DNA from: Eledone cirrhosa
Taxonomy: Eukaryota
Assembly: GCA_964016885.1 (NCBI GenBank)
Contig: OZ024743.1
Coordinates: forward strand, 10,416,001 to 10,480,000
DNA: 64,000 nt
Direction: 5' to 3'
In this document: in pieces, positions 1 to 13,019 of the stretch
Layout of the letters: every line of letters begins with the position of its first letter
Position numbering within the stretch: position 1 is the first letter of the stretch
Notes under the pieces: generated by a model
The model's input: only the letters and a program-made list of their open reading frames with translations
What the model was told of the DNA's origin: nothing
The model's database searches: none
Translations under genes and position numbers: made by a program

Positions 1-783
1 CTATTTTTCCTGCTATAACATGGTTTAGTCTTGTGGGCTTCATGTCAGACTTCACACTGATCACAGGATGTTTTTGAGATAATCTTTCATGGTTATATGC
101 CATTCTTGGAGTCAATCCTGTTAACTGTTAACTGTATATTATGACCTATCCTAAACTAGATACATACAGCAAATTTGGACATAATTCATACAAAAGAAAA
201 TGAACATAAAAAATAAGCCAATGGTATGAATTAATCTATATCAAGTATGTATGATGTACACATAAAAAAATTAACAGACTGAAATTTCCCTCTTAGCTAG
301 AAAAAATAAACAAATATCAGCAACTTTCAAAGAAAAGGGGAGATAATTTTAATAAATTAAGATTCATTATTTTAAAAAATATTTTTGTTAGTTGGATGGC
401 AATAGTAACAACGGACATGTTTCAGACTTACTGGAGCACGTTATAGACAACATGGACCTGCTTGTTCGATCATTTTTAGGTTTTACATATAGAAAAAAGG
501 TTAGAAATAATTTTGTGCAATTAATGATGTGCTATAATTTGCATAATGACAAAGAAATGAAGCTAAGGGAAATAACTCAAATGTATCAATGGAAGGATTG
601 AAATAAACCAAGTGTGTATGGATGTATTGCAGTATGAAGAGAGAGAAAATGTAATACAAACATACATATACACATCATCATCATCATCATCATCATCATC
701 GTTTAACGTCCCTGTTCCATGCTTGCATGGGTTTGGACGGGGGTTTTCCCACTTGAGGCAAGAGTGGTTGTCTTGCTCGCATA

Positions 784-1238
784 GGACTGTCTGGCAGGTT
801 TTCTACAGCTGGATGCCCTTCCTAACACCAACCACATTTACAGTGTGGGGCTGGGAGGTTTTTACCGTGTTGCCTACACGGCCACATTACAGCGTGGACT
901 GTCTGGCGGGTTTTCTACAGCTGGATGCCCTTCCTAACACCAACCACATTTACAGTGTGGGGCTGGGAGGTTTTTACCGTGTTGCCTACACGGCCACATT
1001 ACAGCGTGGACTGTCTGGCGGGTTTTCTACAGCTGGATGCCCTTCCTAACACCAACCACATTTACAGTGTGGGGCTGGGAGGTTTTTACCGTGTTGCCTA
1101 CACGGCCACATTACAGCGTGGACTGTCTGGCGGGTTTTCTACAGCTGGATGCCCTTCCTAACACCAACCACATTTACAGTGTGGGGCTGGGAGGTTTTTA
1201 CCGTGTTGCCTACACGGCCACATTACAGCGTGGACTGT
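784..1238. repeat. Four-copy 112-bp tandem repeat in the RTE 3'UTR
   Basis: GGACTGT recurs at 784, 896, 1008, 1120 and 1232. Other family A copies (27013, 10220, 51655) have a single unit. Confidence 0.95.
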
Positions 1239-1409
1239 GTGTTTTTTTGTCGTGAGACCTACACGATCTCATTTGTTTCGGCCTGGATGTTGTGGCACCA
1301 ACATAACTTTACATTGAAAGGGGCGGTGTGGATGGGATTGGGGTGGTGGGACGGGGGGGTGTATTTTGTTAGAGATGCCTACTGACTGTAGTAGGTTTTA
1401 CTTTGTATT

Positions 1410-3384
1410 TCAGGTAAGCCGGGTCTTCTCTATTACTGAGTACCGCCAAAGGTCTCGGTCCAGTGACATTGTCTTGGAGAGGTGTAAGTGTGTGAGGTCG
1501 GAATTTATCAGCTCGTCCCAGGTTTTTCTGGGTCTGCCTATTCCGTGGCTACCGTCTATCTTTATTGCCCTGCACTTTGTTATACAGCTGTCGTCTTTCA
1601 TGCGCATCACGTGACCATACCAACGTAGCCTTCTCTCGAGTAAACAACATCTGATCCCTCTTATTTCTAATTTTTTCCTTAGTTCGTTTATGCTTTGCCG
1701 TTCACGTATATTACTATTACACATCCAGCGGAGCATGCAAGCTTCGTTCCTCTCTAGTCTGTGTATATCCTCTGCACACAATGCCCAGGTCTCACTGCCA
1801 TGCAACATTGCTGTTCGTATGCAGGCATCATACAACCTGCCTTTCATTTTTAGGGAGAACCCTTTAGCGGCTAATAGTGGTATAAGCTCTCTGAACTTTT
1901 TCCATCCAGTTCTGACTCTACCCACTGTACTTTCAGAGCACCCTCCCCCACTGCTGATTTTGTCACCCAGGTAACGGAAGCTGTCCACTATTTCTATAGA
2001 ACCCTCTGCGCAGTTGAAAGAGTTAGTATTTTGTGGGCACTTGCTGCTACTTATTGCACCCGAGCACCGGCCACATGTAAAATCTATGTTCTTAGTTAGC
2101 TTACCTGTGATCCTACTACATCTTTTATGCACCCATACTTTGCATTTGGGACACAAAATGGAGTTTCTACCTATGCCTTTCCTACACACTGAGCATGGCC
2201 ACTTCCCGGAAGGGACCGCCGCCTTATTTTCTTTCGTACAAACTAGAACTTTAGTCTTAGCCAGGTTAATTTTAAGGCCTTTTGATTCTAGGCTGTGCTT
2301 CCATGTTTGGAATTTCTTCTATAGCTCGGCCATTGATTCAGCTATGAGTGTTAGGTCATCTGCGTATAGGAGTTCCCATGGGCAGCCGGTCTTGAACTCC
2401 TCTGTTATAGCCTGAAGGGCAATAATAAATAGTAGGGGGCTGAGAACAGAGCCCTGATGGATGCCAACTTTTACGCTAAACTCTTCACTATATTCGTTGT
2501 TAATTCTAACCTTGCTGACTGTTTCTTTATACATGGCTTGTATAGCTCTCACAAGCCATTCGTCAACACCTAGTTTTCTAAGAGCCCACCAGATAATGGA
2601 ACGGGGGACTCTGTCAAAGGCTTTCTCCAAGTCGACAAAAGCTAAGTATAGGGGTTTACTTTTAGCTAAGTACTGATCCTGTAGTTGTCGTACAATGAAA
2701 AGAGCGTCTGTGGTACATTTGCCTGACACAAACCCGAACTGCATTTCATCTAGATCAATTCTCTCTCTGATTAGTTGCGCTATTACTTTTTCCGTGACCT
2801 TCATGACCTGGTCGATTAATTTAATGCCTCTATAGTTACTCCTATCTAGGGCATCACCGTTACCCTTATAACAGTTAACGATGATGCTGCTACGCCAGTC
2901 CTTCGGAACAACCCCATTCTGTACGACTTGGTTAACTATCCGGGTGACCATGGTGTGTCCCACCGTACCAGATGCCTTCAGCATCTCGGCAACTATTTCC
3001 GAAGGCCCAGCCGCCTTACCCGTCTTCATATCTTTGATTGCCTTACTTATTATACTACTCTCGACTAACACTGCTGGTCCCTCTATTGGGTCGATGTGGG
3101 GGAGACTGTCTTTCTCCCATTTATTCTCCTCATTTAGTAGCCTTTCATAGTGACACTTCCAAGCTATCTTCTTATCAGCGTCGGTGATGGCAAGTACGCC
3201 GTCATCATTAAGTACACACTTCTCCCCGACAATATCACGGTTTTCCTTGACACATTGCCTAGCAATCCTGAACACCTCTCGTCTTTGGTCCTCGCGTTGT
3301 AGAACATGCTTGAACTTTTTTTCCTCTGCTTCCCTTCTTGCGAAGTACACTTGTCTCCTAGCTTCCCTCCTGGCCACTTGATAG
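1410..3384 (-). pseudogene. RTE reverse transcriptase ORF interrupted by one nonsense codon (GAG>TAG at 2319-2321)
   Basis: Near-identical to 50117..51523. A single substitution creates the stop, and the APE domain is lost by truncation. Confidence 0.9.
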
Positions 3385-3402
3385 GTATTTATAAATAAAT
3401 AC

Positions 3403-3483
3403 ATGACATGCAGTTTCACACAAACACACACACATATATATATATGTTTGTATGAATATGTATGTATGCATACATACACACAT

Positions 3484-3527
<44 letters not shown>
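3403..3527. repeat. (CA)n/(TA)n microsatellite
   Basis: Direct reading. Confidence 0.9.
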
Positions 3528-3662
3528 GTTAATACACAGAAGTAAAGCGCTACCTAAGGTCTCAAGACCCAATTTTGGCCATCTCCTCAGATTGTAAGAG
3601 CAATCAAATTTGTGACTTAGTCATCAGGCACTTGGACAAGTTTGAAAATACTGTTAAAAATA

Positions 3663-3884
3663 CTAGACCACGCATGACCCATTGGGTCACGTTCACTTAT
3701 AAATTTTTTTTAAAAATCATGTACACTTAAAAATAATTTTTAAATAATTAAAATAATTTCTAAATAATTAAAATATATACACAGACATGTATATAATGTA
3801 AAATGAAATTGGAAGACCCATATATATATATGTGTGTGTGTGTCAATATATATATATGGGTGTCTGAGACCTATATACTCTGGT

Positions 3885-3920
<36 letters not shown>

Positions 3921-4359
3921 AACACACACTCAAATGTATATATATATACACACACACACTTAGAAACCCTTCCTATTTAGTAGGATACAGTAATGCTGTA
4001 TTTGATTCTTTGAAGTCACCCGTTATAATTTTATTCATCAACACCACCAGCTTTCTGTCTCTCTCTTCTATTTCCTTCTCTGTCTCCTTTTCTTTCACTT
4101 TCAATCTACTCTCTTACAATCACTATCTCTTTCTCTCTATCTTTCTCTCTCTCTGTTTATGAAGGTACCCAGAAAAACCCCCATGCTCCAATTTATGCAA
4201 AACTTGTTTTATTCCATTTGTGTTCCCATTTCAGGGGCAACTTCCTTTCAAAGTATTTTTCCATTAAGCGTCGTTTTGGCTGTATTAAATAACAGGCAAG
4301 TACACAATCACAGAGTTTTAGTAGTATATAGATATCTTTCTTTATTTATTTAATATAGA
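3663..4359 (-). mobile_element. Non-autonomous Helitron
   Basis: On the minus strand the 5' end reads A|TCTATATTAAAT (4359), with a second A|TCTATATACTAC at 4332. The 3' end has a hairpin CGTGACCC-AAT-GGGTCATG followed by CTAG|T at 3663. The interior is microsatellite-rich. Confidence 0.7.
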
Positions 4360-6536
4360 TAGCATCTTCAACACATCTTTATGAATAAGAAAGGGAAATA
4401 ACTCAAAGATGTAAATTTGAAATGGCCATGTAATGTAAGTGTATGTTTGTTAGCATGAAGGCAATATAGCAGCAGATGTATGGTATTATGTGTTGGTATG
4501 TAATATAATATATCAGCTCTCATATCTGATTGAGCACCATCTTCCTTTTTCCTTCTTTACATCTACAGATATTTTACTACACATATATATATATATGTGT
4601 GTGTGCATGTGTGCCCACTGAGAGGCAAGGTAAGTTAGTTGGAGTTGTAGGATACTCATTTGTACATCACATATACACACACATACTCAGCCCCTTAAAT
4701 ATTAACTTCTATGTGGAGAACAACATTGATAAAATATCTATTCAGGCCATCTTGGGGTTGTTTTTTTTAGCTTTGGCAAGTGCTTTCTGCAAGTTATATT
4801 GATAAAAATGCTACTTTTGTATATGATATGGCTTGATTGACCAGAGGCAATGTATAAAAGGGTGTATCCATTTTAGTTTGCAAGTCTCAAACCAAACTAA
4901 CTAGTATAGATGCCTCAATAAAATGCACTGAGTAAATTCCATGAACTGGCAATGATGAACTGCATCCATGCAGGGTTGTGAAGGCACTCTTAATACATTT
5001 TACAACTAAATACTCCCTCTAATATCAGTGCTGTGATAAAATGCATAAAGCCTATTTTATAAAATTGTGGTGCCATGATAAAATGCACCTCATACATTCT
5101 GTACATGGTTTGGCATTGGAGAAGGCATCCAGCTTTAGAAAACATGCCAAAAATTGAATGTATGAGTGGAATGATGTTCTTCAAACGTATCAGTTACAAA
5201 CTGTAAATCTCATCCAACCTATATCAACATCAAAAGGGGATGGAAAATGATGAAGATGGGGAGGAGGTTTTATTCTTTTATTATATTACTGTTTTCAGTC
5301 ATTAGACAGTAAACATAATGGGGCACAGTCTTGAAAGTATTTAGTCGATTATATTGATATCAGCATTTATTTTTTCCAAGTTTGTTATTTATTTGACTCT
5401 ATTACAAATATACAACTGACATTTTCAAATGAAGTGATGAATTTCAGTCGATTATGAGACCATCTTGTTACAAAACATCCATTTGCAAAAGACTAACACA
5501 TTTAACATTTCAAGAACTGCATGAAAGATTTTAAAAGCATTCTATAACACCTTCATTTAAAAAAACAAAGTTTAAAAAAAAAACTAAGTTTAAAAAAAAC
5601 AAAGATGGATTAACTGCAGCTTATCAAATATCAAAACTAATTTCAAAAAGTGGCAAGTCATACCACTAGTGAAAGTTTGATAACACCTAGTCAAAGAATT
5701 TGTCACATCAGTGATGCATCAAAACACAACTGAAGATATCATATCTTTCCCTACCCACACAACACACACTCAATACATAGATGAATCATTGGTTAACATA
5801 GAAGAAAAACTTGTTGCTTGTCTCTTAAAATTGAAATTTTGCAATCAGATGAGTCTACCATTGTAGACAACAATGATTTATCATGTGCTGTACTTTGATA
5901 AGAACAATGTTATTCTCTGTAAATATGGTTACATTAAAAGGTTTGTCATTGTAAAATCATATTTTGCTAAAATTAATATACCAATTTTACATATTTTTGC
6001 ATTAACTTCGGATGGAATCCAAGCAAAGGATGGTGCCCCAGCATGGCCTCAGTCGAATGGCTGCAACAGGTAAGAGCTTAATGATAGGTAGCTATCATGG
6101 TTTTGATGCATACTTAAAGTTGGAAATCCCAGTTTTGTTGAACTTTATAATGGCTTCACAGAGTTCATAAGGATCTCACAATTTCAACTTTTCTTCTTTA
6201 ATTTATGCAGGATTAATGAAATCCTTTTTTTTTTCTTTTTTTATGGAACTGTAGATTTCATTCACAGTTGTAGAAATAACATAAGAAATTGTTCATAATT
6301 CTTTCAGAATGAAAATATAAAAATATATAATTGCTTCTACTTTTGGCACAAGGCCAGCAAAAACATATAATAAATACTATCAACTATTGCTATGAATCAA
6401 AATATATGATCAGAGTGAGAGAAAGAAAAAAAAAAGAAAAAAAGGGAAACAAAAACAAAAATGATAATCAATTCAAAACCAAGTGCGACAATCTGCCACG
6501 CATCACAAGGGTCAACAGAAATTTTTGAGGTAAGCC

Positions 6537-6858
6537 CTATATGCTCACAACATTACCATGGGTGATGACGAGGCTGAGTTGCTGAAACAACCAGGCACTC
6601 TTACGGGCATCACCTGACATCTCAGTGAGACAAGCCACCAACAAGGGCAAGAATTTCACTGTCTGTGGCCCAACTCCACCAAACATCTTGAATGCCACAG
6701 GCTGGAAAAAATAATAGTTTGTTAGTCCCTGGTATTTTCGGATTTTATTCTGTTTGACAACAGAAGCAGTGTCCCTTACATTTACCGTGGCATCCATGAT
6801 GTGGAAGGGAGCAAAGGAGTCACTAACTTTAGTGTCCCAGATGAGATACCTGCCTCTT
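6537..6858 (-). mobile_element. CRE-like (restriction-like endonuclease) non-LTR retrotransposon, degraded C-terminal fragment
   Basis: Translation IWDTKVSDSFA..KIRKYQGL..YFFQPVAF..SGDARK..FQQLSLVITHGNVVSI matches the CRE RLE C-terminal pattern (WD.T..D, K..KY, F.P.A.E, QR.S.A..RGN). Confidence 0.7.
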
Positions 6859-7840
6859 GCTGCAAAATACCTTTACCTTATATACTGAATATGCAACATG
6901 CAGCTCATGTAAAACAAATTTTAGAACACCAAATTTTAAGAGAAAATGTAAACATTTAAGAGTAAACGAATGAGAGAACATTTAAAATTTCAAGAGAAAA
7001 GTTAAATCCTTCACAGAGGAAATAGGTTTCACAAACATGCTTTCACGATTGAAGGACTTATCCCCCCCCCCTCCATATGTTAATGCATATACAATATAAA
7101 CAGAGTCACTGGTGTAACATTGAAGCCTATTGTAAATGTTGGCTTTACTAGATCATAAGCATTGCCACACTCTTCCATGAGTTGATGATGTACACTTCAC
7201 TAACCTGGCAGGATTGCTACTGTGACCACATATCCAACTTCGGTTAACATGAATTGAATCCCAAGTCAAAGAATAGTCACAACTATAATTATTGTAGCTG
7301 GAAATAATATTTTAAATCAGTGTATTTCAGCTGCTATATTTGCAGCATTTAATTTGAAAGTGTGATGAATTTAGTGTGTGGACTTGGCTCGATTTAAACT
7401 GAGTTGATTAAAATAAAACTGAGATGAAATATAGTGTGTAAGACGATAACAAAGCAGTGTCAAATGCTTCTGAAATGCGTGGACTATATAATAGTGTCAG
7501 TTCTAATAAATTAGTTTTCCTTGTTTTGCAGTGTAAAATAGGATTTAACCTTACTGTTTTGGGCAAGTAATATAATTTTTTTTTAGATTGAAATATAATA
7601 GACAGCATGAAATGTTTACTCCACAGAAGTGACAAATGTAGGTTATCATTATAATATGGTCAACGAGCACGAATTTAAATTAATGTAAAATGAAATACAG
7701 TGATGGCCAGAGTGACAAGAAAGAGAAGGCTAAGCAAAGCTTAAGAATGGAAGCCTCATTACAGAGAATGCTGTAATGAAGCTATTGTATTAAATATACT
7801 TTTACTACAAACCCCATCTTCTTTGACAGGTACTGTGCTC

Positions 7841-7880
<40 letters not shown>

Positions 7881-7883
7881 ATG

Positions 7884-8205
7884 ATCATCATCATCATCAT
7901 CATCATCATCGTTTAATGTCCATCTTCCACGCTTGCATGGGTTTGGACAGGAGTTTTCCCACTTGAAGCAAGATTGGTTGTCCTGCTCGTATAGGACTGT
8001 CTGGCAGGTTCTCTATGGCTGGATGCCCTTCCTAACACCAACCACGTTTACAGTGTGGACTGGGAGCTTTTTACCGTGTTACCTACACGACCACATTACA
8101 GCGTGGACTGTGTTATTTTTTTTGTCGTGACACCTACATGACCTCATTTGTTTCGGACTGGATGTTGTGGTACCAACATAACTTCACATTGAAGGGGGTG
8201 GTTTG
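7884..8205 (-). mobile_element. RTE family A-like 3'UTR fragment, diverged
   Basis: (CAT)n followed by GTTTAATGTCC..GGATGCCCTTCCTAACACC, homologous to 700-1330. It lies next to (TA)n. Confidence 0.85.
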
Positions 8206-9039
8206 GATATATATATGTAATATAACAAATGTGTGTAGGTATTATGTATTTATATATGTATGTGTATACAAAATTAATATAATTCCATGATAAAAACAGG
8301 CAAGAAATAATAGTCAAAACAAACAAGTATGACTGGTGAAAACTAAATGTATTCAATATATCAGCTTTAACTTGGCATTTTTAAGTAGCTTTTATTACTT
8401 TTCCATTTGTATACTGAAATGTCAAGACTTCAAATAATTTACAAGATACACTACATATTGCATATTTAATTCCAATATTCCTCAGATTTGTAGTCAATCG
8501 TACGTTATGTTTGTATATATGTCTATTGAAATATAAAGATGTAATCTTATATACACATACAGGTTATGAATATATACAGATATATGTTTGTGTGGCTGGG
8601 GTTGGTGTAATTCTACAGATACATATCTCTGATCAGATGAACAAATACATAAAGGGGCAAATATTTATTGATTTTACACAATAGAGTCAGCTGCTTGACC
8701 TTTTCATGATTGACAGTATCCAACAATGAATAATCAATGGCATTTACTCTTGCAGAAAGGTGAATTGCAATGAGTGTGCCTTTTAACAAGGACATTAGCA
8801 GCTTATGAAATGAAATAAAACTGAAAATTGAAAGTAGGTTGCAGATCATGTTTACCAAGGACTTAATCTACAGCATACATCTAGTTGCTCAGAGAGTGGG
8901 ATTGGCTCTGTGCACAGTCTTTCCTCACTTTAAAAAATATCTTCACGCACAAGCATTGCACGATAGAATTAATTAATAATTATTAATAATGGTATATCGT
9001 GCAATGGCCATACTCGATAACGAGGGGGCAGCCTTCATA

Positions 9040-9590
9040 TATCATCATCATCATCATCATCATCATCACCGTTTTACGTCCGTTCTTCCACGCTAGCATG
9101 GGTTAAACGGGTTGTCCTGTTGTGGGCAGTGTCTGGTCGGCTGACCATGCCTTGCTCATACAGGAACTGATTTGGCTTGATTTCTACAGCTGGATGCCCT
9201 TCCTAACACCAACCTCATTTACAGTGAGTGCTGGGTGCTTTTTCGTGGCGCCTACACGTCCACTTTACAGTGTGGGCTGGGTGCTTTTTTGCCGTGGCAC
9301 CTCCACGACCACCTTGCGGTGGGGGGTGTGGGGGCATATTGTCTATATGCTTCAGCATGTACCCATGGGAGGTCGGGTACTCTGTATTACTGCGTGACGC
9401 CAGAAGTCACGGTCGTGTGTCATTGTCTTTGAGAGGTGTAATTGGGTAAGGTCGGCTTTTATCACCTCATCCCAGGTCATTTTGGGTCTCCCTACTCCGC
9501 GGTTTCCATCAACTTCTAGTGCTCTGCACCTTTTTATGCAGCTGTCATCCTTCATACGCATCACATGTCCATACCAGCGCAACCGCAACC
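9040..9590 (-). mobile_element. RTE family B 3' fragment
   Basis: RLRWYGHVMRMKDD..RPKMTWDE followed by the 3'UTR and (CAT)n tail. Near-identical to 28727-29270. Confidence 0.92.
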
Positions 9591-10016
9591 TATATATATA
9601 TATAGTAATAATAATAAATGTGAAGACTAAAATCCGAAGAGGGCTCGATAAGGAAAATATATATAAAAATATATAAAACCATAGAGCAAATATTTATTAA
9701 AATAACAGATTAAAGTTTAAGCAAAGAATCACGGGATCTTCTGAAACTAAAAAATCAATGAATCTGTGGAGGCAGAAGTAAATATTTCGAGAAACGTTGC
9801 AACCGAAGGAAAACAGTAAGACAATACTTGGGTTTGTGAAGACGTTCCCTGGCAATGAAGGGTAATACCCAGAAACATTAGTGTCTGCAGTTCTGTTTAC
9901 ATGCCAACATGAAAGCAAGAATGAGGGGCTCATTCTACTGACATGGCTTAAAAAATGAGGATTGCAAACGAATTGTATATTATTAATATTAAAAAAACTC
10001 AGATTCCTTTTATATT

Positions 10017-10442
10017 TTGGCGGTACTCAGTAATAGAGAAGACCCGCCTTACCTAAATACAAAGTAAAACCTACTACAGTCAGTAGGCATCTCTAACAAA
10101 ATACACCCCGTCCCACCACTCACACCCCCATCCACACCACCCCCTCCTATGTAAAGTTATGTTAGTGCCACAACATCCAGGCCGAAACAAATGAGATCGT
10201 GTAGGTGTCACGACAAAAAAACACACAGTCCACGCTGTAATGTGGCCGTGTAGGCAACATGGTAAAAACCTCCCAGTCCCACACTGTAAATGTGGTTGGT
10301 GTTAGGAAGGGCATCCAACTGTAGAAAACCTGCCAGACAGTCCTATGCGAGCAAGACAATCACTCTTGCCTCAAGTGGGAAAACCCCCGTCCAAACCCAT
10401 GCAAGCGTGGAACACGGACGTTAAACGTTGATGATGATGATG

Positions 10443-10444
<2 letters not shown>
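10017..10444 (+). mobile_element. RTE family A 3' fragment
   Basis: Reverse complement of 26907-27340, ending GACGTTAAACGTT(GAT)n. Confidence 0.92.
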
Positions 10445-10518
<74 letters not shown>

Positions 10519-10522
10519 GTAT

Positions 10523-10918
10523 ATACCTCTCAAAGTCAATGACACACGACCGTGACTTCTGGCGTCACGCAGTAATACAGGGTACCCGACCTCCCATGGG
10601 TACATGCTGAAGCATATAAACAATATGCCCCCCCCCCCCCACCGCAAGGTGGTCGTGGAGGTGCCACGGCAAAAAAAGCACCCAGCCCACACTGTAAAGT
10701 GGACGTGTAGGCGCCACGAAAAAGCACCCAGCACTCACTGTAAATGAGGTTGGTGTTAGGAAGGGCATCCAGCTGTAGAAATCAAGCCAGATCAGTTCCT
10801 GTATGAGCAAGGCATGGTCAGCCGACCAGACACTGCCCACAACAGGACAACCCGTCTAACCCATGCTAGCGTGGAAGAACGGACGTAAAACGGTGATGAT
10901 GATGATGATGATGATGAT
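10523..10918 (+). mobile_element. RTE family B 3' fragment
   Basis: Reverse complement of 9040-9440, ending in (GAT)n and embedded in (TA)n. Confidence 0.92.
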
Positions 10919-11013
10919 ACATGTATATATATACATATATATACATATATATATATATGTATATACATACACACACACATATATATATATATTTATATAT
11001 GTATATATATATG

Positions 11014-11048
<35 letters not shown>

Positions 11049-12011
11049 AGTATCTGCAGTTCAAGGACCAGGAATACCACCAGCCTGACTCCAGCCCCAT
11101 GCCTTGACCAGTGGCTTAAGCAAGTGATCTAATTCCCTAAATCTCTCCTGTGAAGTAGCTAGTGATATAACAAGCCGAAACTGCACAGTTCATGGTTGGA
11201 GTTTTATCTCTTAATATACATATTTATATTAGAATGTATGCTTAAAATATCATAGTATTTAAAGCATTAATACATTAAGAGACTGGAGCTCTTAATAGTT
11301 TTGAATTATACTTTCTATGCAGAAAAAAGGCATTGACCATAAAGTTTCAGCTTAGTTGCTTTAAAGTGTCAAATAACAGTAACTGTGTCAGATATGTCTA
11401 TGAACATATATTTGAAATAATCATAAAATTATCTACATGGCGAAGATATAAATAATAACCCCCCAACACTATATTTCTAACCAGAATTATATATCTATAT
11501 TGGTGAAATAATTTACTAGTATAATATTTTCAATTAAATAATTTTCTCAGAATATTAGTATGTTTCATTTACAATATTTCCAGAAAGTAGAAAGGATATT
11601 ATGAAATATATTTATGATATAAATTATATAATAACCATAAAAGAAAATATTTCATCATACTTTAATAAAATATATGTATATCTTGTATTTATTCTGCACC
11701 TTATAAACATACTTTCACTGTATCTTATACATTCTCGTTTATTATACAGGCTACCACTGCCTCCTTAACATGGTCAAGAACATAGCAATGTTATAATGAG
11801 TTAGTGCAGGAGTTAGTGTTAGTTACAGTACACACTGTAAAGTGGTTATTAATAGGAAGGGCAACCAGTCATAGAAACCAAGCTAAAAGTGCAACATATG
11901 AGCAAGATATGGTCACATGACTGATCTTTCATCAAAACGTGACAGTCTGTATATTTCATGCAAGCATGGAAACAGAGGTGATGTTGATAACATATATTGC
12001 TTACACACATA

Positions 12012-12046
<35 letters not shown>

Positions 12047-12074
12047 AGACAGACTTTCTATAGAAGCTTTTCTA

Positions 12075-12340
12075 TATTAAAACAAATATATATATATATT
12101 GTTATATTTGGGGAGGACCATTGTTATAATATTGCCAGAAAAGATAATAGAACACACTCACTGTTGGTTTGGATTGGTTTTCGCTTCTGTATCTTTTATA
12201 TCTCCATAGTTAATTTATCTGGCAATGAATGTTTATCATTGATTGACCAATGGTTTAAAAATACAGATATGAATATATATATATAGTCTATCAAAGTTGT
12301 TTCGTCACACTTCTGTGACATCATCAGTGGAACTATTATG
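12075..12340 (-). mobile_element. Penelope-like pseudo-LTR remnant with degenerate hammerhead core
   Basis: Homologous to 59120-59380. The minus strand at 12291-12330 reads CTGATGA-T-GTCACA-GAAG-TGTGAC-GAAAC. Confidence 0.55.
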
Positions 12341-13019
12341 TTATATATATGGTTCTTCATGAGAAATACATGGTCACAGGACCTGGCATTGCTCACAACA
12401 GGAAAATTTGTCTAACCCATGTCAGCATGGAAACATGGACTTTAAACGGTGATGATGATATATATATATAAGTAAGCAGGAATGAAGTCAAATTTGAACC
12501 ATAAATGAACTTTATTGCATATGCCAATAGTTTATATATATATATATTTATATATATATATATATATATACACATGCATATGTAAAAGTAGTTGTATGAC
12601 TAGGTCTATGAAATATGATAAAAATGAATGTCACATGCCCCAGTGCACTATTAGAGACTCATGTAGATGATTGATAAGACCTAACAATCCTATTTCCTTT
12701 TTTATTTCTTCTCAATTCATTGATGAGTACAGTAAACCAAAGGCAGATTGAACAAAACCTTGCTCAGATATATAATCTTGCTTACCTTACATATTCCATA
12801 CATATCAAACCATACATACCAATATCTCCTTAGTATATTCATTTATTTAGACCACATATTATTCTCTCTTTCTATCTCTACGTATGTGTGTGCATGTATA
12901 TATATATATATAATTCACACACACACACACACAAATACATATGTATGTGTGTGCATAAGATGTAAGGACAAGAGGGAAACGTTCAGAGAAGAACTATTTC
13001 TTCTGCTGGCAATGAATAG

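Larger units (their letters stand above)
674..3384 (-). mobile_element. RTE-clade LINE, family A, 5'-truncated copy with (GAT)n tail
   Basis: Minus-strand ORFs 2319..3384 and 1410..2189 are in the same frame. They carry RT motifs NYRGIKL, FVDLEKAFDRVP, GIHQGSVLSPLLF, LLYADD, FRYLG and the RTE C-terminus RLRWYGHV..RPRKTW. The (CAT)n tail is at 674-700. Homology to the copy at 49155 stops at about 3384. Confidence 0.95.

Noticed and set aside
784-1238. Regular repeat array as a CRISPR-like locus
   Set aside because: Units are contiguous near-identical 112-mers with no unique spacers, there are no cas genes, and the context is a eukaryotic LINE UTR.
1366-3381. Plus-strand ORFs overlapping the RTE (and equivalents at 27489-30280, 49247-51447 and 60914-63422)
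   Set aside because: They are antisense shadows of the RT reading frame with no independent motifs.
3545-3600. Minus-strand CTGAGGA...GAGAC..GGTA hammerhead-like string
   Set aside because: GAGA replaces GAAA, stem II is poor and stem I cannot form. At most a decayed remnant.
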